From the NCBI GenBank assembly GCA_965248755.1, contig OZ252149.1, positions 704,001-768,000 of the forward strand: DNA of 64,000 nt, read 5' to 3'. Position 1 is the stretch's first letter; every line of letters starts with the position of its first letter. Both the position numbers and the translations under genes were made by a program. Positions 21,013 through 31,395 of the stretch are shown piece by piece. A model generated the notes under the pieces. That model was not told the origin of the DNA, ran no database searches, and saw only the letters and a list, made by a program, of their open reading frames with translations. This DNA is from Candidatus Latescibacterota bacterium (lineage in GTDB: Bacteria > Latescibacterota > CBDEFO01).

Positions 21013-22209
21013 ATGGAAAAGCGACCTATTTGGATTTTACCTACTATTATAATTTCTCAATTTGCAGGGACCTCTCTTTGGTTTGCAAGCAACGCAGTCA
21101 GTACAGATTTACAAAATCTGTGGAATCTTAGCGCCGATTCTCTGGGCTATATGACATCCGCCGTTCAATTCGGTTTTATCGTGGGGACACTCTGTTTTGC
21201 TTTCTTTAATCTATCGGACAGATTTTCGCCCAGAATTCTATTTTTTATCTGCTCTCTTTTGGGCTCCCTTTCAAACCTGTTTATCTACCTGCTGGCGGAG
21301 GACCTCTCTTCTTTACTGCTTTTCCGCTTTATTACAGGAGTATTTTTGGCGGGCATTTACCCTGTGGGGATGAAAATAGCTACCGGTTGGTACCACAAAG
21401 ATCTGGGGAAGGCGATAGGCTTCCTTGTGGGGGCATTAGTTTTAGGGACTTCTTTTCCGCATCTCCTGAAGAGTCTTGGCCAAGTCGTCGGCTGGGAGAC
21501 AGTCATTTTGTCTGTCTCTGCAAGTTCCACGGTAGGCGGGATACTTATGTTCCTTCTGGTCCCCGACGGACCTCACCTGTCAAAAGGGACGGGATTTAGT
21601 AGCAAAGCCCTGATTGTAATATTCAAATCTAAAGATTTTCGTTCGGCATCGTGCGGGTACTTTGGACACATGTGGGAGCTATATACATTCTGGGCATTTA
21701 CCCCTCTTATCTTATCTGTCTATGCCTCTATGAATGCATTTGCAGATATTAATATCTCCTTTGGGTCGTTTTGCATCATTGCGGCAGGCAGTCTTGGGTG
21801 TGCTGGAGGAGGGCTGATCTCAAGAAAGATAGGCAGTTCAGCGGTCGCTTTTACTCAATTGTCACTATCGGGCCTCTTCTGTCTTATCTCGCCGCTCCTT
21901 TTTCACGCCTCTAAAGAGGTATTTTTGGGGTTTCTAGTCCTCTGGGGAATAGTCGTCGTAGGTGATTCCCCTCAATTTTCGGCTTTAACAGCTCAAACAG
22001 CGCCCAAGGAGCTGATCGGCTCTGCCTTAACAATAGTAAACTGCATCGGATTTTCTATCACTATTGTTAGTATTCAGATCACAAGTTACTTATCCAATAT
22101 TATGAATTCAAGCTGCATCTTCTCTCTCCTTACTATAGGGCCGATATTCGGCTTGGTATCTCTTTGGCCGTTATTTCGATATAGTGAGGAAAAGATTTAT
22201 CAAACGTAG
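21013..22209 (+). CDS. MFS transporter
   Basis: About 12 hydrophobic segments, TSLWF, LAGIYPVGMK, GYFGHMWELY, GDSPQFS. Confidence 0.88.
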   Translation: MEKRPIWILPTIIISQFAGTSLWFASNAVSTDLQNLWNLSADSLGYMTSAVQFGFIVGTLCFAFFNLSDRFSPRILFFICSLLGSLSNLFIYLLAEDLSSLLLFRFITGVFLAGIYPVGMKIATGWYHKDLGKAIGFLVGALVLGTSFPHLLKSLGQVVGWETVILSVSASSTVGGILMFLLVPDGPHLSKGTGFSSKALIVIFKSKDFRSASCGYFGHMWELYTFWAFTPLILSVYASMNAFADINISFGSFCIIAAGSLGCAGGGLISRKIGSSAVAFTQLSLSGLFCLISPLLFHASKEVFLGFLVLWGIVVVGDSPQFSALTAQTAPKELIGSALTIVNCIGFSITIVSIQITSYLSNIMNSSCIFSLLTIGPIFGLVSLWPLFRYSEEKIYQT

Positions 22210-22240
22210 AAACCCATTAGAGCATAAGAGATCAGTCTCA

Positions 22241-23362
22241 TCAGTGGGATGAATGAGTATCAGGTCCCTTGCAAGTCAATATCTCCCTTAACCTTTTGGC
22301 AATTACCATTTCGTCTCCCTGCATAAGCGTGTTTGTGCTGATCGCTACTCCCATCTCAGTGGTCAAAAGCTCGATGCTTGGCTCGCCGCTCCTCAAGACT
22401 TTGAGCATTTCATCGGGAGTCATCCTCACTGTATTCTCATCAAACTTTATGTATAGCCTCGGGACGTGGTTCATCAGCTGATCAGGCACGCGGCCTGTCT
22501 CCACGTAATCTATGTCCGAAAGGACATCTGCTATATAGTCTATCTGTCCTTCCCACCTTCTCCACTCGGCCTCGTGATCTTTCTGGATGTAGAGTTCCAC
22601 AGCGGTCAAAAGTCCCACTATCTCCTCCTTCCCAGCCTTCATAGGTCTGCCTATGCTGTGGTTTGGAGAGCTATTTGCAAGACATGCAGAGATTATGTCC
22701 TTCCTCCCCAACACTAAACCAGAAGCCTGGGGACCTCTTAGTCCTTTGCCTCCGCTGAACGTCACGAAGTCCGCTCCCATCTTTATGAATCTCGTCAGAT
22801 TCTCGGCGGGAGGCAACTCCCCAGCGGCGTCCACCATCAATGGCACATCGGCAGCTTTGGCGATCTTTATGGCATCCGAAAGAGACACCGCCCCGTCCCG
22901 TTCGTAAACCGCGATGTGAGCTATCGCAGCTGTCTGTTCGGATATAGCGCTCTCCATCTGTTCCTCGGTCTCAACTTCAACTAGCTTGACCCCCACCTGA
23001 CTTATCGCCTGATCGTATCTAGTTCTGTGGGCTTTCTGGATTATGACCTGACTCTTCATACCTGTCGTGTCCGGGAGTCGGGCGATCTTCTCATGATCGC
23101 ATCCCGCTACACACGCGGCTGTGCATTCAACCAGTGCCGCCGCTGCGCCCGTAGCGACATAAGCGGCCTCTGCACCGGTTAGCTCGGCGAGCCTTTGACC
23201 AACTTTCTGCTGAAGCTCGTGTATACCCACATAGTTCTTTGAGGCCTCAGCCATCTCCTCGACCACCTCCGGCGGCATAATTGAGCCGCCTAGTACGGTG
23301 TATGTCCCCTGCCCGTTGATGAGTGTCCTCACGTCCAGCTTATCGTAGACTCTGTTACTCAA
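22241..23362 (-). CDS. SelA-like / DgaE-family PLP-dependent enzyme
   Basis: INGQGTYTVLGGS, VDAAGE, FSGGKGLRGPQ (PLP Lys), GRPMKAGKEEIVG. Confidence 0.85.
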   Translation of the reverse strand: MSNRVYDKLDVRTLINGQGTYTVLGGSIMPPEVVEEMAEASKNYVGIHELQQKVGQRLAELTGAEAAYVATGAAAALVECTAACVAGCDHEKIARLPDTTGMKSQVIIQKAHRTRYDQAISQVGVKLVEVETEEQMESAISEQTAAIAHIAVYERDGAVSLSDAIKIAKAADVPLMVDAAGELPPAENLTRFIKMGADFVTFSGGKGLRGPQASGLVLGRKDIISACLANSSPNHSIGRPMKAGKEEIVGLLTAVELYIQKDHEAEWRRWEGQIDYIADVLSDIDYVETGRVPDQLMNHVPRLYIKFDENTVRMTPDEMLKVLRSGEPSIELLTTEMGVAISTNTLMQGDEMVIAKRLREILTCKGPDTHSSH

Positions 23363-24116
23363 AGTTGCAGCCCTTTCTACATGGAAAGTTAGCTATTTTC
23401 CCCAAAGGTTTTCCGATAAGCCTCATTCCCAACGACTCGTCACAGGCACGCCAACGTGTCTCTTCCGAATCTTGTGGAAGTGACGCCAATCAATTACGAG
23501 ATCGTGCGTCAGCTATCGGCTGTGCACCTGGAGATCCTCTTCAGGCGGGCAACAGGCGACCGGCTCGAAGTCAGCAGCGGCACGAATCGTATGGGTGTCC
23601 GGGGTCTGATAAATGGTCGGCAGGGAGGCGTCTAATGAGACTTTGGTCAAATCGTTTTCGTTTCTCCCTCTCAGTCAATATCTAAGTGGCGCTTATTTAA
23701 ATCTGAAATGTCATTCCGGAGCAATTTAGCAACGTTCATCACCTAATCGTACTGGGGACAAGAAGTAGCACAAGTAGGTGCAGAGTTTACCTTCCAAGTT
23801 TTACTTGTCGTTCACTGTGTACCCTGGGAACTATTCGGGAGTGCGTTCGATGATGTTTCCTACCGGTCGTCAGGTAAAATTGATGGTGTCGCGGAGTGTG
23901 GGAACTATGGAGTCAGGGGAGATTTGTTTGGACGTTCGGCACTTGTTGGTTTCTCTGCTCTTCCTCAGGTGGAGAGACGCTTATACTATTGTTGACCCCT
24001 TTTGTAACCTACTATGTACTCGATCTTTCCCTATTCATTTTCTATAGCGCTTCATACTTGAGGTGGATATCCGTCTCTCTAACTTTTTGCGCAAAAGAAC
24101 GCTCGATTTTCACTCA

Positions 24117-25073
24117 TTATCGGACATACGACACTGACACACCTTCTCTCAGGAAATCCGGAATCTGCTCCTCGACAGCAACACCGCTGAGAGGGTTGTT
24201 TCTCAATCTCAGACTTGTCAGTTGCTTCAAATCCGACAGCGGGGATAGATCGGTGATACGGTTGCGCTCCAATTCCAGATGTGTCAGTTGTGTCAGTCCA
24301 GACAACGGGGACAGATCGCTTATCCGGTTGGTGGTCATCCTTAGGTGCACTAGTTGTTTCAGTCCAGACAGTGGGGATAGATCTTCGACGCGGTTATCCC
24401 CCATATACAGCCTTTCCAATTGTGTCAATCCAGCCAACGGTGATACATCAACAGTATCGTTACCCTGAAGATTCAACTCCGCCAATTGTGTCAGTCCCGC
24501 CAGGGGTGATAGATCACTGATACTCCCTCTTTGAATGTTGCAAGACAGGTTCAGAAGTGTCAGCTCTGTCAGTCCAGACAACGGTGATAGATCCGTGAGA
24601 CTGTTGTCCCCCAGATCCAGTTCTTTAAGTCCATTCAGACTGAACAGCGGTGATAGATCGACGATATTGTTAGCCCGCAGATTCAGATTTGTCAGTTGTG
24701 TCAGTCCACTCAAAGGCGAAGCATCCTTAATATGGTTGTTTTCCAAATCCAGATGCGTGAGTGTAGTCAGTTGGGACAGTGGAGACAGATCACTGATCAG
24801 ACTGCCCGCCATGCTCCCACGTTTCAAGTTGCCCGCCAACTGCAACTTTGTCAGTTGAGCCAACTGCTCGATTCCATCCAATTCAGCAATTAACAGTGGT
24901 GGATCTATTGCCCGCAATTCCGTCAGATTCAAGAGATCATCCAGGGTTGGTTTTCTGGGGAGAGTAAAACTAAAATCTAAGAAGCGGATCCGTTTTTTCT
25001 CCTTCACAGTATTACGCACTACCTTTTCCAAACCCGCATCAGCAAACTTGATGATATTGCCTTTCTCCTGCAT
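24117..25073 (-). CDS. leucine-rich-repeat (internalin-like) protein
   Basis: About 10 repeats of 22 aa, L..N.I.DLSPLSGLTQLT.L; cap F.D..LEK.VR; no signal peptide. Confidence 0.9.
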   Translation of the reverse strand: MQEKGNIIKFADAGLEKVVRNTVKEKKRIRFLDFSFTLPRKPTLDDLLNLTELRAIDPPLLIAELDGIEQLAQLTKLQLAGNLKRGSMAGSLISDLSPLSQLTTLTHLDLENNHIKDASPLSGLTQLTNLNLRANNIVDLSPLFSLNGLKELDLGDNSLTDLSPLSGLTELTLLNLSCNIQRGSISDLSPLAGLTQLAELNLQGNDTVDVSPLAGLTQLERLYMGDNRVEDLSPLSGLKQLVHLRMTTNRISDLSPLSGLTQLTHLELERNRITDLSPLSDLKQLTSLRLRNNPLSGVAVEEQIPDFLREGVSVSYVR

Positions 25074-25136
25074 CGCATCTACCTCCTGAAGAATAATACT
25101 TTGAACAAAATATTGATTGCTTGTCCAGCCCTTTTT

Positions 25137-25248
25137 TCATTGCGAGGCGGCGTGGCCGCTTTGCTGGAAGTGGCAGCAAGCCACGAAGTGGGCGAAGCAA
25201 TCTCCGTGTTTTGTGATCGCTTATAAGGCTCATGCTCCTTGCAATGAC
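25137..25248. repeat. GTCATTGCGAG-family element plus degenerate inverted partner
   Basis: TCATTGCGAGGCGGCGTGG...GGCGAAGCAATCTC (25137-25204) and ...TTGCAATGAC. Confidence 0.82.
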
Positions 25249-25330
25249 ACGGAACTATCCATAGGGCGAAAGTTTTCCAATGATTTTAGCGTGGAGTACA
25301 GTGTACTGCTTCCCAGGAAAGCGACACCAA

Positions 25331-26194
25331 TTAAGCAACCTGGGGTAGTAGATAAAATTGTTTTCTCCACTCTTTTGGGGTCTTATATCCCAGGGATGAA
25401 TGAAGCCTGTTCTTGTTGTAATTATCGATCCACTGAGATATGATCTTCTCAGCCTGTTCAAAGGATTCAAACTTGTGAAGCCAAACACACTCTTGCTTGA
25501 GGGTCCTGAAAAAACGCTCTACAACACCGTTCCAATCGGGTTTACCACTTGGTATGTATTCCTGACGAATTCCCCAATATTCGGTACTGGCCAAATAGGC
25601 CCGAGCCAAAAAGATGGAACCATTGTCAGAGCGCAAAGTGAGACCCTGGGGGACAGCCTCCTTGGAAGTGTATCGAGAGATCACGGCCCGATCCAGGGCA
25701 TCTGTGGCCTCCAGTGCCCTCCCTTTTCGACTAAAACGATACCCAGGAACCTCCCGGCTTCCGTTGTCCACCACCGCAATAAGAGGACACCAACCATCTT
25801 TTCCACAGTAAATCTTTGTCAAGTCACTCGACCACAAACTGTCGGGACTATCCACCACAGAACGCTTCTGGGCAACCTGTGGCCCCTTTCTCCCGGGACG
25901 ATTCCACAGCTTACACTGCCACCCCTTAAGCTTCATTATCCTATGAACCTTCTTAACGTTGACACATTCCCCTTCCTTGAAACGAAGATGCGCCCAAACC
26001 CGCCTGTGACCAAATGCCTCTTCTTGGTCCAGTATCCCTCGAATACGAAAAGCAAGCTCCTCATCTATCACAGGCTCTTTAACAGAAGAACTGACACCTC
26101 TATCCCTAAACCTATACAGAGTCGAACGATGCAAACCCAAAGCCAAAGCTACCACCTTGCGGGAATAGCCTCGACCCAAAAACCGCCCACTCAA
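25331..26194 (-). CDS. IS3-family transposase OrfB (DDE)
   Basis: WSSDLT, RSDNGSIF, NGVVERFFRTLKQE, YNKNRLHSSLGYKTP. Confidence 0.92.
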   Translation of the reverse strand: MSGRFLGRGYSRKVVALALGLHRSTLYRFRDRGVSSSVKEPVIDEELAFRIRGILDQEEAFGHRRVWAHLRFKEGECVNVKKVHRIMKLKGWQCKLWNRPGRKGPQVAQKRSVVDSPDSLWSSDLTKIYCGKDGWCPLIAVVDNGSREVPGYRFSRKGRALEATDALDRAVISRYTSKEAVPQGLTLRSDNGSIFLARAYLASTEYWGIRQEYIPSGKPDWNGVVERFFRTLKQECVWLHKFESFEQAEKIISQWIDNYNKNRLHSSLGYKTPKEWRKQFYLLPQVA

Positions 26195-26520
26195 GGCAAC
26201 CGCTTCGTTTTTTTTAGACGGGCTACCTCTTCGAGTATCTCCAACTGGAGCGTCAACTGCCCTACCTTGCGCTCCAACCGGCTAACCTCTCGCTCCTTCG
26301 GATCCTTGCGACCACGCCGAGACTTCAGACTCTCCTGGCCCCCTTCTAAGAAACTATCACGCCAAGCATACGCCTGCGACTGGCTAATTCCATTCTTACG
26401 ACACACCTCAGATAGATCTGCTCCTCTCAAAAGAGCCAACACAATCTCTCCCTTACGGGTCGCCGTCCAGCGCTTACCATCTTTCACTTCGGGGCTCGAC
26501 ACCTTGACCTCCCTTCTCAA
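26191..26520 (-). CDS. IS3-family transposase OrfA (HTH)
   Basis: RWTATRKGEIVL..VCRKNGISQSQAY.W, LERKVGQLT; A8 run just before the stop. Confidence 0.9.
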   Translation of the reverse strand: MRREVKVSSPEVKDGKRWTATRKGEIVLALLRGADLSEVCRKNGISQSQAYAWRDSFLEGGQESLKSRRGRKDPKEREVSRLERKVGQLTLQLEILEEVARLKKTKRLP

Positions 26521-26799
26521 ACCCCAATTTGCGAAATATTTGTCGCTCTGTCAAGGGGAGCGGTATGACAGGCTGCACTTTAACATGTATATCGGCAATA
26601 ATATGGTGCTTCTTACGTAACGTTCCTTACCTGTCCTTAGAGCAAAAATTAGGACGTCGCTGAGTTTAAGTACAATGGGGTTGAGGGAGATGGCATCTGT
26701 GTATGGATTTTTTCTCATCGATCTTTCGAACGGTCTGCTCAAAGGGAATCGTTATCATCAGGCTCTCTCGTAGGCTATTTAGACCCTATTTTTTAGTTC

Positions 26800-27541
26800 T
26801 CAAAACAATTCTTTCTCTATCAACTTTAGGTACTTATTGACATAGAACATATCAGGTTCATGTTTGATTGGTCAGACCCTGATTTCAAATTGAGGGTTTT
26901 CTGCATTGCCATTGACGAATAGAACTAATCCCATGCCGAAAATCAGACATAGAGAGTCTAGCCTTGAGATGTCACCCTGAGATGAGTTTTTGGGAATCAC
27001 TATATGGCACTTATGACTGAACAACTTATATGAACAAGTTTGCCCAAATGCTGTAATTAAATCTCTTGTAGCCGCTTTTATCTCCGCTGAAATAACTTCA
27101 GTAGGAAACTGTATAATATCGCTCGGAAGTGGATTTTTTATTACTATAATATCGGGAGTTCCCCATTGGTCCTTAAATATATTTCCTCCCAGAGATATTG
27201 CTTTCGTACATTCCTCCAAATCGTCAACAAGCCAGTCTGCCATAGGTTCATAAAAATCCTCTTCTCTTATCTTCTCAATTTCTGAAGGAATTATTCGCTC
27301 CTCTTGACTAATTTCTTTTTCCCGAAAAGAAATATGGCGAAAAATTCCTCGTTCAGGCCTATAGACTTCATCAAGACTTGCGTAAATCTAAGTCCCAAAC
27401 AGCACCACGGATAGTATTTAAGTTAATGTTTGGTAATTCTTCTTGTATTGTTTCCAAAAGGATCGAGTGACGAACACCATCAGGCTCCGATTCAAGTTTC
27501 TCTATCGCCTTGGACGTGATCGTGTCCTTTCTTGTTGCCAT
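26800..27541 (-). pseudogene. conserved hypothetical protein (HTH-like N-terminus plus PD-(D/E)xK-like C-terminus), disrupted
   Basis: MATRKDTITSKA... frameshift near 27380 ... WGTPDII..AEIK..AFGQ; premature TGA at 26872 followed by PIKHEPDMFYVNKYL. Confidence 0.6.
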
Positions 27542-27589
27542 ATTGCTACCTCATTTTTAACTCATTCTCTGTCACACCTTTTTCCCGAA

Positions 27590-28783
27590 CTATCCCAAGG
27601 GCGAAAATGTACGTACGATCTTATCGTGCATCAGGGGTTTTACATCTTTTCGAATCGAGGCAATACGGTCTTCGATCTCTTTCACAGCTTCCGCGCTGTC
27701 GCACACTCCTATGGTAAGAGAGGTCAAATAGCTCTCCCGGGGGGAGATGGAGACTACTCTGCCCTGTTCCCTTTCAAATTTCCTCTCGTTGGGATAGTCT
27801 GTACCCGGCTCCAGTCCTGTCACATATCCGTCCTCTAAAGCGGCTGTATTTTTCCATACAGTAAAGCATGGCAAGTCAGCCGTAGAGTAGCAAAGATAAC
27901 TGCCCTTGTCACCCTCGGCGTTTTTCAAAAGAACGCATGTCTCTTGATTCTCGTCGCTCAAAAGATCGAAGTAATAGACCCGTTGTACGTACCCGGATTC
28001 AGGTCCCCCGTAAACATCGTAAGAATCTAGGTCCGCCAGTGCCCTCCTGTCCCTTGGGCTCATCTCCTTGACAGGGACGACCAATCTTGAGCCTTCTTCA
28101 AGGAGGGGTGTGCCGTAGTTGCAGTGATAGAGAAGCTCCAACTCAGCAGGGATAGTCTTCAGATTCTCAACCTCATCTTGGATAGTAAGCTCATTCGATC
28201 CCAACTCTGTGGAAATAGTTGTGTGAAGCCTCAACGCCGGGCCGAACAGCATCGTCTCGTCCACGATCCCCGATACGCTTAAAGTGTGGGGTTCATCCAA
28301 ATCTACTGTAACCTCCACGTGCCACGCCGGGATATTGGCTATCTTCCCATGGAGTGTAAGCTGAGTTTTCATCTCTTCACCGTCGTGGTCGATCACGACA
28401 TCCTCGCACGGTATGCCGTTGCTGTCCAGCCCACACCTTACTACCCACTCGTCAAATCCTGATAGCCATCCCAATCCTGCTCTGTCCCCTAAATCCACGA
28501 ACGAGGGATGCACAGGCCCCGTGACGGGAGATTCCCAGCCCAGAGCAAAGTCATTATACAGGCCAGTCCATATTCCCATTCCCCTTGTAGGAACTATCGA
28601 AAAGGACATGGCCCCGTTATCCACGACAATTATATCCACGCCGTCCTGGAGCCCGCCCTTCAAGGTCATCTTGGTCACGCTCCATTCGAGATCTGTGCCT
28701 AAATCCAGTACCTCATGGTCTACATGCCACAGGTCAAGCCAGATGTTCTGCTCAGTATCGGTAAGAACCCGATTGTAGGTCAT
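27590..28783 (-). CDS. aldose-1-epimerase-like (DUF4432) protein
   Basis: GVDIIVVDNG, PTRGMGIW, RCGL, TLHGKIAN.PA, LYHCNYG.PLL, GYVTGLEPGT. Confidence 0.85.
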   Translation of the reverse strand: MTYNRVLTDTEQNIWLDLWHVDHEVLDLGTDLEWSVTKMTLKGGLQDGVDIIVVDNGAMSFSIVPTRGMGIWTGLYNDFALGWESPVTGPVHPSFVDLGDRAGLGWLSGFDEWVVRCGLDSNGIPCEDVVIDHDGEEMKTQLTLHGKIANIPAWHVEVTVDLDEPHTLSVSGIVDETMLFGPALRLHTTISTELGSNELTIQDEVENLKTIPAELELLYHCNYGTPLLEEGSRLVVPVKEMSPRDRRALADLDSYDVYGGPESGYVQRVYYFDLLSDENQETCVLLKNAEGDKGSYLCYSTADLPCFTVWKNTAALEDGYVTGLEPGTDYPNERKFEREQGRVVSISPRESYLTSLTIGVCDSAEAVKEIEDRIASIRKDVKPLMHDKIVRTFSPLG

Positions 28784-29185
28784 AGTCTTTCTCCTTCTAA
28801 TGTTCTTGGGCCTGCCAGGTTGATATATCGTACGTAATGTTACGGTCCTGCCATGTGGTCGCCCACTCCGTTTCTAAATATGCTTCTGAGCTCTTTTGTT
28901 GATTACATATTTTTTCGCCTCACCTACGTTGTTGTAGGACAATCAGTTAGAAGGAACAAGTGTGCCATTTTTGTACATGTTTCTTACCTTTTGGTACACT
29001 TCTGTAATGTACCTTTCTAGCAGACTTCCTAGTAGACTTCATCTCCCTCGGTGCTGACAGTTCCGAAAACCATTACAGTCAGAATTAAGGTTTCGTTTAA
29101 TATCCAAAAGATAAAGTTACTTAGATTTAACCGATGTGTCAAGGGAAAGATCAAGGTTTTTATTGGTTTGAATTGATGAAAACCT

Positions 29186-29216
29186 TTGATTTTTGTCAAG
29201 AATGTCGTTATATTTG
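29186..29216 (+). promoter_or_regulatory. promoter candidate upstream of the radA remnant and ABC transporter
   Basis: TTGATT-17 bp-TATATT, extending to TATATTTG (also fits the Bacteroidota TAnnTTTG element). Confidence 0.4.
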
Positions 29217-29221
29217 CAGCA

Positions 29222-29404
29222 ATGGCTAAGGTCAAAACGAAATACGTGTGCCAATCGTTTGGCGCAGGAGACGGTGCTGGGATTAGGTTCCCTAACCGGT
29301 ATCTACTGAAGTTAAGGATCGCCTCACCCACGTGCTGTCTTGCGGCCTATCCAGAAAAGCGGCCACGCGCCTCGCTAATGACAGGTCTATTAATGCTGAG
29401 GTAA
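29222..29404 (+). pseudogene. possible collapsed remnant of radA/sms
   Basis: MAKVKTKYVCQSFGA resembles the RadA N-terminus (MAK.KT.YVCQ.CG); the remainder is not clearly assignable. Confidence 0.35.
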
Positions 29405-29407
29405 ACT

Positions 29408-31291
29408 ATGAATTTGTTGTTCCGCACGCTTGCCAGAATCAAGAAATACTGGCGCCACATGATAGTCTCTATTATCCTCACGGTGGCCTATGCCCTTCTG
29501 AGCGGTTTTAGCATTTGGATGCTCATACCCTTTATCGGCAATATATTTGACGCCGATAAGAAGCAAGAGATCATCCAATTCGAAAAGAAGGTTAAGGTAG
29601 GCACACTTGCCGACTTTAAGGCTAAGATAAAAAACCAGGTGGATGAGCTAGTAGCAGGAAAGACTAAACGGGATACGCTCAAGCGACTCTGTATATTAAT
29701 CGTGGTCGTCTACTTTCTGAAAAACCTCATCGGCTACGCCCAATCATATACGATGTACTTCATAGAGCAGAGCGTCGCAAGGGATTTCAGAGATTCTCTG
29801 TACCGGCACCTCCACAGACTCTCGCTTATGTACTTCCACCAGCATAAGACAGGGGAGCTCATCTCCACAATCATAAACGACATAAGAATTGTCAATGAGA
29901 CCATCGGGATGAGTCTTATTTACTTTATACGAGATCCTGTACTGCTTCTGTCGTATCTGGCAATTATGATACTTCTGAGCTGGAAGCTCACGCTGATGGT
30001 GCTCTTAGTAACCCCTTTAAGCCTGTTTATAATTGTAAAGATCGGAGCTAAACTCAAGAGGTACAGCGCGAGGTCGCAGGAAGGAATGGCCGAGATGATC
30101 TCTATCCTTCAGGAGACCATATCCGGTATCAGAATCGTTAAGGCCTTTGCAATGGAGAGGTTCGAGATAGAAAAATTTAAAAAGGAGCTGAACAAGTTCC
30201 TCAAGACCATGCTCAAGATGGCCCGGGTCGGCAGGGCTGCATCGCCTATCAACGAGTTCTTAGGAGTCTTATTCGGGATGATCATCCTGTGGGTAGGCGG
30301 AAATCAGGTCCTCTCTGGGGCTCCGGATGCGCTTCGACCTGAAGAATTTATCGTCTTTTTGGTGGCGCTATTTATGCTGATGCAGCCTGTAAGGAACCTC
30401 AGCCGCGCCAACAATAAGATACAGGTTGGGCTCGCCGCCGCCGAAAGGGTGTTCAGGATGCTGGATACAAAACCCAGGGTAGCTGACCGTCCTGGTGCAA
30501 TAAGGGTCAATTATATAAGAGATTCAATACGCTTCGAGGACATTTCTTTCAGATACGACGACAACGACGCTGTGCTTTCAGACGTAAATCTGGACGTTAC
30601 AGCAGGAGAGATGGTCGCCATAGTCGGTCCCTCGGGAGCGGGGAAATCCACGCTTGTGGACCTTATCCCACGTTTCTACGATCCCTCAAAAGGACGCATC
30701 ACCATAGATGGAGTAGACCTGAGAGACATCCAGATAGATTCGTTAAAAGGGATGATGGGAATAGTCACTCAGGAGACCGTCCTCTTCAACGATACACTCT
30801 GGAACAACATCGCTTACGGGTTATCTGATATTGCAGAGGAACGCGTCATAGAGGCCGCCAAAGCTGCCAACGCTCACGACTTTATAGTGGAGTTTTCCGG
30901 TGGATATGAAACTATTATCGGAGACAGAGGGGTCAAACTTTCTGGCGGACAAAGACAGCGCATCGCTATTGCCAGGGCAATACTCAAAGACCCTCCCATA
31001 CTTATACTCGACGAAGCCACGTCGTCTTTGGATACTGAATCTGAGGCGTTGGTACAAGAGGCTATAGAGCGTTTGATGGAAAACAGGACATCCATAGTCA
31101 TCGCTCACCGTCTTTCTACTATACGGAAGGCCCACAGAATAATCGTTATAGATGAGGGAAGGATAGTCCAACACGGGACGCATCGGGATCTTATAGCGGG
31201 CGATGGAGTCTATAAGAAGCTCTACGGTTTGCAGTTTTCGCATTTCCAATTCGATGACACCCTCTATTTGAAGCGCGCAGAAGAAAAATAG
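29408..31291 (+). CDS. MsbA-like ABC exporter (TMD plus NBD)
   Basis: GPSGAGKST, LSGGQRQRIAIARA, ILDEATSSLD, IAHRLST; N-terminal TM domain. Confidence 0.93.
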   Translation: MNLLFRTLARIKKYWRHMIVSIILTVAYALLSGFSIWMLIPFIGNIFDADKKQEIIQFEKKVKVGTLADFKAKIKNQVDELVAGKTKRDTLKRLCILIVVVYFLKNLIGYAQSYTMYFIEQSVARDFRDSLYRHLHRLSLMYFHQHKTGELISTIINDIRIVNETIGMSLIYFIRDPVLLLSYLAIMILLSWKLTLMVLLVTPLSLFIIVKIGAKLKRYSARSQEGMAEMISILQETISGIRIVKAFAMERFEIEKFKKELNKFLKTMLKMARVGRAASPINEFLGVLFGMIILWVGGNQVLSGAPDALRPEEFIVFLVALFMLMQPVRNLSRANNKIQVGLAAAERVFRMLDTKPRVADRPGAIRVNYIRDSIRFEDISFRYDDNDAVLSDVNLDVTAGEMVAIVGPSGAGKSTLVDLIPRFYDPSKGRITIDGVDLRDIQIDSLKGMMGIVTQETVLFNDTLWNNIAYGLSDIAEERVIEAAKAANAHDFIVEFSGGYETIIGDRGVKLSGGQRQRIAIARAILKDPPILILDEATSSLDTESEALVQEAIERLMENRTSIVIAHRLSTIRKAHRIIVIDEGRIVQHGTHRDLIAGDGVYKKLYGLQFSHFQFDDTLYLKRAEEK

Positions 31292-31395
31292 ATCCGGACT
31301 CACTGTGCGGGAAAACATAAGATATGGGAAGCCATTAAGATGGAAAGGAATGATAATAATTATGCGCTTGCCAAAGTCTCAGATCTCATCCTTCT

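Larger units (their letters stand above)
25302..26570 (-). mobile_element. IS3-family insertion sequence
   Basis: orfA plus orfB; imperfect terminal IRs TGTACTGCTTCCCAGGAAAGCGACA vs rc TGTCATACCGCTCCCCTTGACAGAGCGACA; ends approximate. Confidence 0.8.

Noticed and set aside
24117..25073. 66-bp periodic repeats as a CRISPR array
   Set aside because: They are LRR codon repeats in an open frame; no unique spacers or cas genes
25400..26620. 406-aa plus-strand ORF
   Set aside because: Antisense shadow of the IS3 transposase genes with no recognisable motifs
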